A DNA stretch of 32,000 nt from Bacteroidota bacterium (lineage in GTDB: Bacteria > Bacteroidota > Ignavibacteria > Ignavibacteriales > Melioribacteraceae). Of the stretch, positions 1 through 9,703 are shown one piece after another. The stretch covers positions 6,157 to 38,156 of the forward strand of contig JAEXOD010000241.1 of assembly GCA_023447335.1 (NCBI GenBank), in the 5' to 3' direction. Both the position numbers and the translations under genes were made by a program. Position 1 is the first letter of the stretch. Each line of letters begins with the position of its first letter. The notes under the pieces were generated by a model, which saw only the letters and a list, made by a program, of their open reading frames with translations, made no database searches and had not been told where the DNA came from.

Positions 1-1061
1 TAATTAAGTGTATATATCATATTGGAAGTGTCTAAATTCGCAATAGTTAAATAACCTGTTTGGAAAAGAAGCGAACGATAGTCAAAATTTTCCAAGTCAT
101 AGGAATCGAACAAGTCATCAGTAGCCATAAAGTTGTTAATATTTTCAACTTTGAAATTAGTTTCCCTAAATTTATCAATTAGAAAAGTTGGGGTACCCGT
201 ACTGAACCAATAGTTTTTAAATTTACCGTCAGTAAAATAATTTAAAATAGAAAAAGGATTATAAACGGTATTAACTCCGTCCCAACTGTAACCGTTATAC
301 CATTGCTTGATTTTTAGCTTAAGAAGGTCTTCACTTATTTGATCTTTTATCGATAAAGCCGGAATTCTATCGTCAAAATAAATGTTAAGTTCATCTTGTG
401 TGATACCGCATATGGTGGAAAATCGATCATCTAAAGTTATATCTTTTAGATTATTTAGCCCTGAAAAAACCGATACCTTGCTAAATTTTGAAACTCCGGT
501 TAAGAAACAAAATTTTATGTATTGATCGTTATCTTTAATTGAGCTGTAAAAATCACGTAAAACATCTCTGTTCTCATACGCTTTATTCAATTTGGTTATA
601 TAATCAATAATGGGTTTATCATATTCGTCAATTAAAATTACAACATTGTTAATCTTACTCAATTCTTGAAGCAATTTGTTAAATACGGAATTTAGTGTTG
701 ACCCGGCAATGTAAACACCATATTGTTTACCAATGTATTTTAGTTTATCAATAATTTCATTTTGGAAAATAACAGTTGATTGGCTGTAAGTGATTGAAGA
801 AAAACTAATATGAATAACAGGGTGTAGTTCCCATTGAATTTTATCGTAAATGGACAAACCTTTAAATAGTTCTTTGTTTCCGTTAAAAATTTCCTTTAGT
901 GTAGAAATTAGTAATGATTTACCAAATCTGCGCGGACGCGAAAGAAAGTAATATTTACCGCTTGTAATAAGCTTGTTAATTACTTCTGTCTTATCTACAT
1001 ATAAATAATCATTATTTATAATTTCTTCAAAAGTCTGTATGCCAATGGGTAGGTTTTTCAT
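1..1061 (-). CDS. AAA-ATPase-like domain protein (PF09820-type, a family usually fused to a C-terminal PD-(D/E)XK_9 domain); N-terminal 353 codons only, 3' end lies left of the window
   Basis: Absent from the ORF track because there is no stop in the window. Manual translation from ATG (1061-1059, minus) gives MKNLPIGIQTFEEIINNDYLYVDKTEVINKLITSGKYYFLSRPRRFGKSLLISTLKEIFNGNKELFKGL..., open to position 1. The N-terminal block YLYVDKTE...YFLSRPRRFGKSL is the signature of this Bacteroidota-abundant family. Confidence 0.8.
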   Translation of the reverse strand, partial: MKNLPIGIQTFEEIINNDYLYVDKTEVINKLITSGKYYFLSRPRRFGKSLLISTLKEIFNGNKELFKGLSIYDKIQWELHPVIHISFSSITYSQSTVIFQNEIIDKLKYIGKQYGVYIAGSTLNSVFNKLLQELSKINNVVILIDEYDKPIIDYITKLNKAYENRDVLRDFYSSIKDNDQYIKFCFLTGVSKFSKVSVFSGLNNLKDITLDDRFSTICGITQDELNIYFDDRIPALSIKDQISEDLLKLKIKQWYNGYSWDGVNTVYNPFSILNYFTDGKFKNYWFSTGTPTFLIDKFRETNFKVENINNFMATDDLFDSYDLENFDYRSLLFQTGYLTIANLDTSNMIYTLN

Positions 1062-1204
1062 AATTAATTCATTAAATGGATACATAAATATACAAAAATA
1101 ATTGAAAATGGCGAATTACCAATCATAGTTTTTGTGGAATATTCATTTCAAATGTTAAAATTTCAAATTTGTGATTATATTGCAGATTAAAAACGAGGCA
1201 TATT

Positions 1205-1552
1205 ATGACTGAAGAAGAATTGATTGAACGCTCCAGAATTCTTTATAATGAAGGGAAATATGAAGAGGCAAAAGTTTATTTAAATGAAGCTTTGTTAATT
1301 TCTCAAAATGTTGAAGAAATAAAAAAGAGTATGCTTTATCTTTTGCTTTTTGATGAAGCTCATATAAAAGCCTTAAAACATTATATGTTGGCACAAAAAC
1401 GATATCATAAGGGTGAATTAAAAGCAGCTATTTGGAACATCAAAAGATGCATGAAAATTGTGCCCAATTTCCATGATTCTGAAGTCCTTTTAGCATTATA
1501 TCGAATGGCATTGGGTGCTCGAGAATATAGAGAAAATAGTGTGTGGGATTAA
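1205..1552 (+). CDS. hypothetical small protein, TPR-like helical repeat
   Basis: 115-aa ORF. YNEGKYEEAKVYLNEAL and KGELKAAIWNIKRCMKI resemble TPR helices. No other recognisable motif. Confidence 0.4.
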   Translation: MTEEELIERSRILYNEGKYEEAKVYLNEALLISQNVEEIKKSMLYLLLFDEAHIKALKHYMLAQKRYHKGELKAAIWNIKRCMKIVPNFHDSEVLLALYRMALGAREYRENSVWD

Positions 1553-1675
1553 ACCACATAGTTTGTCAAAGTGAAAAGCAACACTTAAATAACATGCTTC
1601 CGAATAATGAAATAATTGAATTATGATGTGTATGTGTTTACGTAATGAAGTTTATTAAACTAGCGAGTATCTAAA

Positions 1676-2554
1676 ATGAAATTATATACTATAATATTTT
1701 TGTTGGTGTTTATCACAAACATTATAAACACACAGGCGTGCGAAAGAGGTGAATTAAATAATGCAGATTCTACCGTTACGAATTGGAATCCTTTCCCTGA
1801 TTCTTTGAGTGGAAACACAATGCACTATGCCCAAGTCATAAATGATTCAATAGTTGTAATTAAAATAAAGAAGAAGACAGATGCAGTCTATAAAAACGTA
1901 TCATATATGCCGGCATTTTTGGGAACAGCTATTAGATCAATAGAAATTACCGAAAAAAGAAATATGCTTACTGCAATAATTAAAATAGAACAAGGGAAAC
2001 AGGACAGGTCGTTTATAATACGAGCAACAAAAGGAGGGCATCCTTTGTTTAAAACAGGGTTTATTACAATTATGTTTGATACATGGATAGATAAACCGTT
2101 AGATGAAAACCAGAGGACAAAAATACATCTTAAACAAGGTAATCAAATAATTTGGGACATGCAGGATCAAGAACAAAGAGAAGAAGATGGGAGTATTGTA
2201 TATAGGCTACACTTTAAGGATACTTGGAATCGGCAAGATGTTCACTATTTTACAAAATGTAAAAAGAAAATAGTCGAATATCAAATAGAAACAGAACAGC
2301 TTTCTGAATATGAAACATCTGTTACCGATAATCAAACAGGAAAGATTAGTTATAAAATGGACATGCCATGCAAATACTTAATTAAAGGAATTAACGAATT
2401 TGGAGAAGTTGAAAAAATATATGAAATAAAACATTCTTCCGGAGGGAAGTTTGTACAATATTTTAGAGCGGGCAAGACGTCTGAAAGTGTAAATATTAGA
2501 ATAATAAAATCTAAAAATAATAAAACAATTCTTAGTGTTGTATTTAAAAAGTAA
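1676..2554 (+). CDS. hypothetical secreted protein / putative lipoprotein
   Basis: 292-aa ORF with a hydrophobic N-terminal signal-like segment MKLYTIIFLLVFITNIINTQAC (Cys22 could be a lipidation site). No catalytic motifs recognised. Confidence 0.5.
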   Translation: MKLYTIIFLLVFITNIINTQACERGELNNADSTVTNWNPFPDSLSGNTMHYAQVINDSIVVIKIKKKTDAVYKNVSYMPAFLGTAIRSIEITEKRNMLTAIIKIEQGKQDRSFIIRATKGGHPLFKTGFITIMFDTWIDKPLDENQRTKIHLKQGNQIIWDMQDQEQREEDGSIVYRLHFKDTWNRQDVHYFTKCKKKIVEYQIETEQLSEYETSVTDNQTGKISYKMDMPCKYLIKGINEFGEVEKIYEIKHSSGGKFVQYFRAGKTSESVNIRIIKSKNNKTILSVVFKK

Positions 2555-2675
2555 TAATCAGATGTAAATCCAACCGTTGTAGTTATTAGTTGGATAATAT
2601 TAAACAATAATAAAGGAATATCTAACTTTTTTGCGATTTACACAAAAGTATCGAGAGATTCAGTAGAATTAAAAG

Positions 2676-3374
2676 ATGAAAAAAATTCAAGTTCAACAGC
2701 ATAAAATTGTAATACATGAGAATCAAGAGGTCTTTTCTCCCTCAATAACAACAGGTTTGCTCCTTGGTTGTCTCTCTGTATCCCCCGGCGAGTCTGTGTG
2801 CGATATGGGGGCTGGAACCGGAGTGCTTGGTATTATGTCCTCAAAATTGGGAGCGAAGAGTGTTTCCTTTATTGATATCGATTTAGTTGCTCTTCAAATG
2901 GTTAAGAAGAATCTTCTTGCTAATCAGATTGAAAATTATGAATTAATTCAATCGGATATATTCAAAAATGTTCCGGGTAAATATGATGTTATAGTAGTTA
3001 ATTTACCTCAATTACCAATAGCCCCGAAATATGAAACAAGCATTAAGCCAAAAGATAAAGGTGGTGGTGAAAAAGGAAACACGTTGGTGTTGAAATTCCT
3101 TAATGAAGCAAAAGATCATCTCAACAAAAACGGACGTATATATTTCCCTGTTTTTGGGGTTTCTGCAAAACAAACAACTATAAGAACAATAAATTGTCTT
3201 TATAACAGTAGGACTCTTAAAACACAAAAAGTAAGAGTGAGTTCAGATCAGGTCATTCAACAGAACCTTGAACATATATATCAGTTGCAAAAATCCGGAG
3301 ATGCTGAAATATTTATAGATGAGAAAAGCGAATATTTAGAAGTGAGTATCTTGGAGTTGAAAAAAACGATCTAA
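2676..3374 (+). CDS. class I SAM-dependent methyltransferase (small-domain, HemK/RsmC-like)
   Basis: Motif I VCDMGAGTGVLG, acidic loop SFIDID, motif IV-like VIVVNLPQLP (degenerate NPPY position). Confidence 0.7.
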   Translation: MKKIQVQQHKIVIHENQEVFSPSITTGLLLGCLSVSPGESVCDMGAGTGVLGIMSSKLGAKSVSFIDIDLVALQMVKKNLLANQIENYELIQSDIFKNVPGKYDVIVVNLPQLPIAPKYETSIKPKDKGGGEKGNTLVLKFLNEAKDHLNKNGRIYFPVFGVSAKQTTIRTINCLYNSRTLKTQKVRVSSDQVIQQNLEHIYQLQKSGDAEIFIDEKSEYLEVSILELKKTI

Positions 3375-3501
3375 TTACATAAATATATATTGTTATAAGG
3401 ATGTATAGAGGTTCATTGTATATAAAAAAATAGGCAATAAAGATTATAATGACTTTATTAAATAATTATTTGGAAATAGTTTCTCCAATAGGAATGGAAA
3501 T

Positions 3502-4332
3502 ATGAAAAGCTTAGACATTAATTATAAGGTAAACCCTAATCAAACATTAGAAAAGCTGCTAAAAATTTCCGATACATTAAGGGATGAAATCCACCGCAAA
3601 AAGCCTATTGAAGGTGATCTTTGGGAAACGATAGAAGAAAAACTATTAATTGAATGGACTTATAATTCGAATGCGATTGAAGGTAGTACTTTAACTCAGG
3701 GAGAAACGATGTTTTTCTTAAAGAATGGACTGACTGTAGAAGGGAAACCCTTTAAGGATTTTTTGGACGCAAAAAATCATGCTGAAGCCATCGAATTTCT
3801 TTATGATGTTGTTAAAAACAATAGAAAAATTTCGACTTCGCTAATAAAGGAATTCAATTCGTTTTTGCTATCAGGAATAAGATCAACTCCGGCTATAGAC
3901 AGGGATGGCAATAGAATAGAAAAAAAAGCCACACCCGGAGAGTATAAAAAGCATCCCAACCATGTTTTACAAAATGACGGCACAATTCATAAATATGTTG
4001 AACCGATTCAAGTTGCTTCTGAGATGGAAAAACTTTGTGATTGGATTAATGACCACTTCGAGAAAACGCATCCGATAATAATTGCAGCTGTTGCACATTA
4101 TAATATGGTTCGAATACATCCGTTCGATGATGGGAATGGACGGGGAGCCAGAATACTGATGAATCTAATATTAATTGCCAAAGGATTTCCGCCTGCGATA
4201 ATCAAAAACGAGAATCGAAGGAAATATTTAGAAACACTTATGGAAGCAGACAAAGGGGATCTGAATAGATTTACTGAATTTATAGCAGAATCTTGTATTG
4301 AAACTCAGAAGTCTGTTTTGGATAATTTATAA
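3502..4332 (+). CDS. Fic family protein (AMPylase-type), class II with intramolecular inhibitory helix
   Basis: Canonical Fic motif HPFDDGNGRGARIL. N-terminal SNAIEG matches the (S/T)xxxE(G/N) inhibitory motif. Confidence 0.9.
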   Translation: MKSLDINYKVNPNQTLEKLLKISDTLRDEIHRKKPIEGDLWETIEEKLLIEWTYNSNAIEGSTLTQGETMFFLKNGLTVEGKPFKDFLDAKNHAEAIEFLYDVVKNNRKISTSLIKEFNSFLLSGIRSTPAIDRDGNRIEKKATPGEYKKHPNHVLQNDGTIHKYVEPIQVASEMEKLCDWINDHFEKTHPIIIAAVAHYNMVRIHPFDDGNGRGARILMNLILIAKGFPPAIIKNENRRKYLETLMEADKGDLNRFTEFIAESCIETQKSVLDNL

Positions 4333-4814
4333 AAACAAGGCGGTAGACTTATTCTGGGTTATGCGGTTGAAAATTGTAAGCTATTGTAATAAGAACAGAA
4401 CTTCGTTTTAACTTTTAGGGATATTTCCAAAAAATGGACTATTCAATGTAGAAATTGGGGCTTGATTGTTAATCTTGTATTTATTATTCTTGATAAAAGA
4501 ATTCCGGATTTCTTATGACTTCTGTTTTCATTTACACAAAGTTATGGACAGTCTCAGTTTAGATTCAAGTATCTTTAACTTATTAAAAATTAAGACTCCT
4601 AAAAACCTATATAGTAACTAACAAGTAAAAGAATACTTAGCTTCTGTCTAAAATAATCACAAAATAAATAAAGACCTATCAAAATCACCATTTAAGAAAA
4701 TGTAGTGACAATTTCCACCGACAAATTTAAATTTGTCCTTACTTTACAATAACTTACAGTTTTTAACTGTAAAACTTGGGAAAATTAAAGAATATTACTT
4801 CGGATTATAAAAAA

Positions 4815-5729
4815 TTATTTAATGTTTAGAACACTCTCTAATTTAATAAGTGCTTCGGTATGTTTTTTCTGCTCCATTTTCTTTAAATTCAAAAGTTTCC
4901 ATTTAACGGCCGGCAAGTATTGGATATCGGGAAGACCCAATAGTTGCCAGTTGGGGTTAGTTGATTTGAAAGACAATAAAAACTGTTTTTCGGAATCATT
5001 AAGTGATTTGGTTATTTCGTTTACAAGAAGTTCTCGTGTGCTAATCAACTCATTCAAATCAACTTTCTCGTTAACCATTCCAATAAATTCTTGTTCATAG
5101 GTCTTAGAAATATCTAAAAAATTTGGATTTAATAACTCGCTTATTGGGCGATTGTGACTGATAAGATAGACCAAGAATGCCTTTCTTGTCATATCGGTAA
5201 TGCCTTCATTTTCAAAAAGCAGTTTGATGTCATAAATATCTCTAGGGTGTTGCCGGTCTAAGGCTGCACATATTTTCCCGGCATAAAGCTCTTCTTTAAT
5301 TAGAGACTTTGTTTTAAGTGTTATCTCAAAAAGTTCTTTGGCTTTATTACATAAATAATATTCGGTTGTAGGATAAACCGTTCCCCTAATTGTTAGGTTG
5401 GGTTCAATTTTTACAGTTGCAGTTTCCCCCGTTATTATCAAACCTATGGTATATATATCTAATAATTTCCTTTGTATTTTAGTATTCGGAATAAATTTTA
5501 GTATGTTCGATTCAATTCGCAATAATGATTTTGAGATATCGTCTAAAGATTTAGCCCTATCATTATGCGGAATATAAACTAAATCAATATCAACGGAAAA
5601 ACGTGGCAAGTCTCTTACGAAACAGTTGATAGCGGTTCCGCCTTTTAGGGCAAATATATTTTCTCGGTTAACTATTGGAAGAATCTTTAACAACAAAACA
5701 GATTGTTTAAAATATTTATTGTTATTCAT
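4815..5729 (-). CDS. abiEii: AbiEii/AbiGii-family nucleotidyltransferase toxin (DUF1814), type IV TA
   Basis: N-terminal NTase signature GGTAINCFVRDLPRFSVDIDLVY. 8-nt overlap with the upstream AbiEi-like gene. Confidence 0.85.
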   Translation of the reverse strand: MNNNKYFKQSVLLLKILPIVNRENIFALKGGTAINCFVRDLPRFSVDIDLVYIPHNDRAKSLDDISKSLLRIESNILKFIPNTKIQRKLLDIYTIGLIITGETATVKIEPNLTIRGTVYPTTEYYLCNKAKELFEITLKTKSLIKEELYAGKICAALDRQHPRDIYDIKLLFENEGITDMTRKAFLVYLISHNRPISELLNPNFLDISKTYEQEFIGMVNEKVDLNELISTRELLVNEITKSLNDSEKQFLLSFKSTNPNWQLLGLPDIQYLPAVKWKLLNLKKMEQKKHTEALIKLESVLNIK

Positions 5730-6474
5730 ATTCTTTCGGTACGGTTATGTTATATCTTTTATTTAACTTGCCGTTTTTTGCTATTTCTCTTTTCCCGTTG
5801 CCTATATTAATTTTTGTGTGATTTAATTCGTTAAACCAATTATGCTCATGTTTCTCGGCAAAATATAAAAACAATCTTTTGGTTTTAATTGAATTACAAT
5901 TCTCTAAAAGATATTGTAGCAAATCATCTCTAAGCGTTGAAAGTGATTCCATTATTAAATTGGCACTATCGAAAGAATGAGTTTGAGGAACCAAATATAA
6001 CATTTCCATAATTGCCAATTCGGGAGACGATATTTTTAAGGGTATATTATTATCGGTTACGGTTGAAAAAACGATAGGGTTTTCATAGGTAAAAACATCC
6101 GTTCCAAAAAGCTTTAAATATTGCATCCATGTCTGTTTGGTAAACCATTGAGGGAGTTTATCCATAGAATAGCCGAATAACTCTATTTTATTTTGTTGTT
6201 GTGGTATAAAATGGGCAAAACCCTTCAGCTCTAATGCGGCTTTAGATCCTACGTGAATATGGTTACCGGACTGTTGTTGCAAACAATAAAGTCCTCCCTG
6301 CCATTCGGTTGTATCTCCCGATAGTTTATACGCTCCTCTGGATAAAAGGGTTATCCAACCGGAGTTGGCGTAAACATTTAATATCTGAGAACTATATCCC
6401 AATTTGTTAAGTTCTCGGGTGGTTTTTACCGTTCCTTTTGGCCAATCCAATATCAGTTGGTTTATTTTAGTCAT
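5722..6474 (-). CDS. abiEi: AbiEi-family antitoxin / transcriptional regulator, type IV TA
   Basis: N-terminal wHTH-like TTRELNKLGYSSQILNVYANSGWITLLSRGAYKL. Lies directly upstream of, and overlaps, the AbiEii gene. Confidence 0.75.
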   Translation of the reverse strand: MTKINQLILDWPKGTVKTTRELNKLGYSSQILNVYANSGWITLLSRGAYKLSGDTTEWQGGLYCLQQQSGNHIHVGSKAALELKGFAHFIPQQQNKIELFGYSMDKLPQWFTKQTWMQYLKLFGTDVFTYENPIVFSTVTDNNIPLKISSPELAIMEMLYLVPQTHSFDSANLIMESLSTLRDDLLQYLLENCNSIKTKRLFLYFAEKHEHNWFNELNHTKINIGNGKREIAKNGKLNKRYNITVPKEYE

Positions 6475-6507
6475 AAATCGTATATAATATATTGATTAAT
6501 AGCATAT

Positions 6508-6530
6508 TATATAAACCAAAGGTTTATATA
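6508..6530. promoter_or_regulatory. perfect 10-bp inverted repeat TATATAAACC-aaa-GGTTTATATA, candidate abiE operator
   Basis: Read directly from the sequence. Lies 34-56 nt upstream of the abiEi start codon (6474). Confidence 0.35.
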
Positions 6531-6800
6531 AATGCAGTTTCATATATAAATATAAGCATTTGATATGAAAATAACAATATTATAAATTGAAGCCCAAAAA
6601 TCCGAATTACATTATAAAGAATGTTACCGAAGAAGTTTTGAAAAAAGGTCGTTGCGTCATAAATTAATGTTTCTCAAAATAACTAATTTATAAGCTTACA
6701 AAATTCCATTAGCTATCCGCTTTTGAAATTCAACCGATACCGGAAGAAGACAACATTTAATCAAATAGTTTCGCTCAGCGTTTTAGATATTAAAACAAAT

Positions 6801-6834
6801 AAGTCCGCACTTTTATGCGGGCTTATTTATTTTG
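6801..6834 (+). terminator. orphan intrinsic-terminator-like hairpin (AAGTCCGCA / TGCGGGCTT) followed by a T-rich tract
   Basis: 9-bp stem with one U.G pair, 6-nt loop, then ATTTATTTTG. No gene ends here on either strand, so it may mark an old gene end or an element boundary. Confidence 0.4.
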
Positions 6835-6919
6835 CAAATGCGTTTGTTTTCTTGCTTGACAGTTTATACTATAAAAGGTATCTTTGTTAAGGTAATATGT
6901 ATTTTTAGGAACGATTTTT

Positions 6920-7981
6920 ATGCAAAATATTAATGATTTACCTCAACAATTTACCTTGTCTAACAATGAGCTGATAAAAGTAAGCTCTCCGGATCAATCC
7001 TTGAAGGCTTGGCTGGAAGCTTATTTTAAAGTGGAAGTTTCTTCGGCGCAATCTTCCCGAAGAGAAGCCTTTAGAGATATAAGCTATTTTATTAACTACC
7101 TCATTAAGGAAACCGGAACAGACGACCCGAAGTTTTGGACACCCAGGCTTTCGGCAGATTTCAAAACGGCTATCCGCAATACCTTAAACGAAAAAGGGAA
7201 TCGCCGATGGAATGACCGAAGTATTAACAGAATGCTCGCTCATCTTAAAACCTTTGCAAAGTGGATAAATAAGCTCAAGCCGTTTGCTTTGGGAAATCCG
7301 ATGGAAAAGATTAAAACAATTGGTACGGCATCATTATTAAATATAGATAGAGCGATTACAAAACAAGAGCGGAGGCAGTTGCTTGATGCGGCAGACCAAC
7401 TTATAAAATCCGGAGGAATATCTAAAGATAGGAATCGATATAAAAATGTTGAGAATCGACCCATTCGGAAAGGATACCGACCATATCGAAACCGAGCGAT
7501 TGTTTATCTGCTTATAGAAACCGGAATGCGTAGAGCCGCCGTTACAAAATTAAATATTGATTCGATTGATTTTAAAAAGAAAATTGTAACCGCAGATGAA
7601 AAGGGGGGCGTGGCTCATGCTTACTCAGTTAGCAAGGAAGGCTTGCAGGCTGTTTCCGATTATATTAATTTGGAGAGGAATATAGACGCCGTTTTATATA
7701 ACTCAAATGCGTTGTTCTTGCCATCCCACTCGTCACAGAATAGAACAGGAAGATTACACCCAAACGCAATCAACGAAATATGGGAGCAAATCTGCAAATC
7801 TGCAAATGTTGAGAACAAAACTCCGCACTCTGCCCGACATGCAATGGGCAGGCACATTATCGAGAAAACAGGGAATATCGCCGCCGTTCAGCGACAATTG
7901 GGACACAAAAACCCGACATACTCAATGCAGTACTCGAGAGTAACGGCAGAGGAACTCGACAAAGTATTAAATGATCGTTAA
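6920..7981 (+). CDS. tyrosine-type site-specific recombinase / integrase
   Basis: Catalytic blocks ETGMRRAAV (Arg), HSARHAMG (HxxR) and LGHKNPTYSMQYSR (His and Tyr nucleophile). Confidence 0.9.
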   Translation: MQNINDLPQQFTLSNNELIKVSSPDQSLKAWLEAYFKVEVSSAQSSRREAFRDISYFINYLIKETGTDDPKFWTPRLSADFKTAIRNTLNEKGNRRWNDRSINRMLAHLKTFAKWINKLKPFALGNPMEKIKTIGTASLLNIDRAITKQERRQLLDAADQLIKSGGISKDRNRYKNVENRPIRKGYRPYRNRAIVYLLIETGMRRAAVTKLNIDSIDFKKKIVTADEKGGVAHAYSVSKEGLQAVSDYINLERNIDAVLYNSNALFLPSHSSQNRTGRLHPNAINEIWEQICKSANVENKTPHSARHAMGRHIIEKTGNIAAVQRQLGHKNPTYSMQYSRVTAEELDKVLNDR

Positions 7982-7984
7982 AAT

Positions 7985-8006
7985 AAGCCTATATAAACTT
8001 AGGCTT
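7985..8006 (+). terminator. hairpin AAGCCTA-tataaact-TAGGCTT just after the integrase stop
   Basis: 7-bp stem starting 4 nt after the stop codon. No clear U-tract. Confidence 0.3.
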
Positions 8007-8203
8007 GAGTTAAAAAAGCCTTTTATAATGGCTCTAATTAAGTCATTTTTGGTCAACTTTTTATAGTTTTTGTGATAATTTTTGTATATTTCTTTGTTTG
8101 TTTGTTCTGTAATGAATGACTGTTATAACGGAACAATATTTCAATAACATATTTCTGTACCATGCATCGTGAAAAACATTACAATTAAATAGTAGAAAAT
8201 TTA

Positions 8204-9703
8204 ATGACAAAATTAGAATTAATAAAACGACTTCAAGATATTGAGTGGGAAGACTTTGAAGTAAAAGAAACTACATGGGCTCTTCCAAAAAACATCTGGG
8301 ATACCGTCAGTGCTTTCTCCAATACTGCCGGAGGATGGATTGTTTTGGGAGTAAAACAATCAGGTAAAAAGTTCGAAATTGTCGGAGTTTCAGACCCCGA
8401 AAAAATGGAACAAGATTTTACTACTACCCTTCGTTCAGATAAGTTTAATGTTAAAATCGCCTGTACATCCAAAAAATATAATTTCGATGACAAGGTTGTA
8501 CTTCTTTTTTACATCCCTATTTCGGATAATAAACCAGTTTACTATGGATCTCCCGTTAATACTTTTATACGCAGTGCAAGTGGTGACCAAAGAGCAACGA
8601 AAGAAGAAGTTGATTCCATGTATCGAGATCAGTCTTTTGGTACACTTACGGAACGTTCTATCCCAAACTCGGATATGTCTTGGATTGATAAAAATTCGTT
8701 TGTGCAATATAGGGAGTATATCCAGAGAAATAATCCCGAACATGTTTATAATAAATTATCGGATCAGGAATTTCTGAGTAAATTACGAGTCATAGTCAAT
8801 GGTAACGTGACTTTTGGAGGGTTACTTTTCCTTGGGAATAATGATAAAATTCAGTCAGTGATAAGTGATTTCAGGATTGACTATTTCGAAGTTCCGGGAA
8901 CAAGTTATTCCGATGCTTCCTCAAGATATACTTTTCGGCTTGGCGAACACGAAAATCTTTGGCAATACTATTTCGCAATTTTTAATCGTCTTGCCCGTCA
9001 GATAGATCTTCCATTTAAATTACAGCCTGACGGCACTTCAACAACTAATTACCCTTATCTTGAAGCACTTAGAGAAGCTCTTGTTAATCTTTTACAGCAT
9101 ACGGAATATTTTTCTAAAATGAAACCAAGAATAAGAGCGTTTTATGATCGTATTGAGTTTTTTAATCCCGGTGCACTCCCAAAGCCACTAGAAAAACTAC
9201 TTAACGAAGATATTTCACTACCACGTAATGGAATTATTGCAAAGTTATTTAGAGTTGCAAATCTTTCTGAAAACGGAGGGTATGGTTTTGATAAGATGAA
9301 TAAAGGGTGGAAAACTTATAATGATACAATGCCGGAATATGTATCGGAAATAGATTATTTCAAGGTTGCTTTTAACACGCTGAAGAAAGACAACAAAGCC
9401 CCCGTAGCTAATTTCCCCAAAGAAATAGGGGACAGACAGGGGACAGAGACGGGACAGACAGGGGACGAACAAGTGTCTGAAAAATCAAGAGAAAATATAA
9501 TTTTAACTGAGAAGCAACAACAGGTATTGGAATTGATTATAAATAATTCTTCGATTTCACGAAGAGAAATTGCTGCTGCCATGAAAATAAAAGAAGGTAT
9601 TGTTATCAAGCATCTTGAAGCTCTGAAGAGAAAAGGCGTAATAGAACGTATTGGCGGTGATTTTGGTGGACAATGGAAGATACTGATAGAACCGGAAAAA
9701 TAA
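8204..9703 (+). CDS. AlbA_2 (divergent-AAA / Schlafen-like) domain protein with C-terminal winged-helix; often mis-annotated as RecG-like helicase
   Basis: N-terminus IEWEDFEVKE...VSAFSNTAGGWIVLGV is the AlbA_2 signature. C-terminal wHTH LTEKQQQVLELIINNSSISRREIAAAMKIKEGIVIKHLEALKRKGVIERIG. Confidence 0.8.
   Translation: MTKLELIKRLQDIEWEDFEVKETTWALPKNIWDTVSAFSNTAGGWIVLGVKQSGKKFEIVGVSDPEKMEQDFTTTLRSDKFNVKIACTSKKYNFDDKVVLLFYIPISDNKPVYYGSPVNTFIRSASGDQRATKEEVDSMYRDQSFGTLTERSIPNSDMSWIDKNSFVQYREYIQRNNPEHVYNKLSDQEFLSKLRVIVNGNVTFGGLLFLGNNDKIQSVISDFRIDYFEVPGTSYSDASSRYTFRLGEHENLWQYYFAIFNRLARQIDLPFKLQPDGTSTTNYPYLEALREALVNLLQHTEYFSKMKPRIRAFYDRIEFFNPGALPKPLEKLLNEDISLPRNGIIAKLFRVANLSENGGYGFDKMNKGWKTYNDTMPEYVSEIDYFKVAFNTLKKDNKAPVANFPKEIGDRQGTETGQTGDEQVSEKSRENIILTEKQQQVLELIINNSSISRREIAAAMKIKEGIVIKHLEALKRKGVIERIGGDFGGQWKILIEPEK

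Noticed and set aside
4720-4737. Perfect 18-bp palindrome GACAAATTTAAATTTGTC downstream of abiEii
   Set aside because: It is an isolated AT-rich palindrome in a long non-coding gap. It is plausibly a terminator or operator, but nothing in the sequence discriminates between these, and there is no second copy.
6475-6919. A tRNA or tmRNA integration target next to the integrase
   Set aside because: No cloverleaf or T-loop (GTTCGAATC-like) sequence was found by eye here or elsewhere in the window. Only a terminator-like hairpin is present.
7707-7943. 78-aa same-strand ORF overlapping the integrase 3' half in another frame
   Set aside because: It is embedded in the region coding for the conserved HxxR / Tyr catalytic blocks, and it has no motif of its own.
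9428-9470. Imperfect GGGACAGAC-type tandem repeats inside the AlbA_2 gene
   Set aside because: They are in frame and encode a low-complexity linker (GDRQGTETGQTGDEQ) between domains. This is most likely just a flexible linker.
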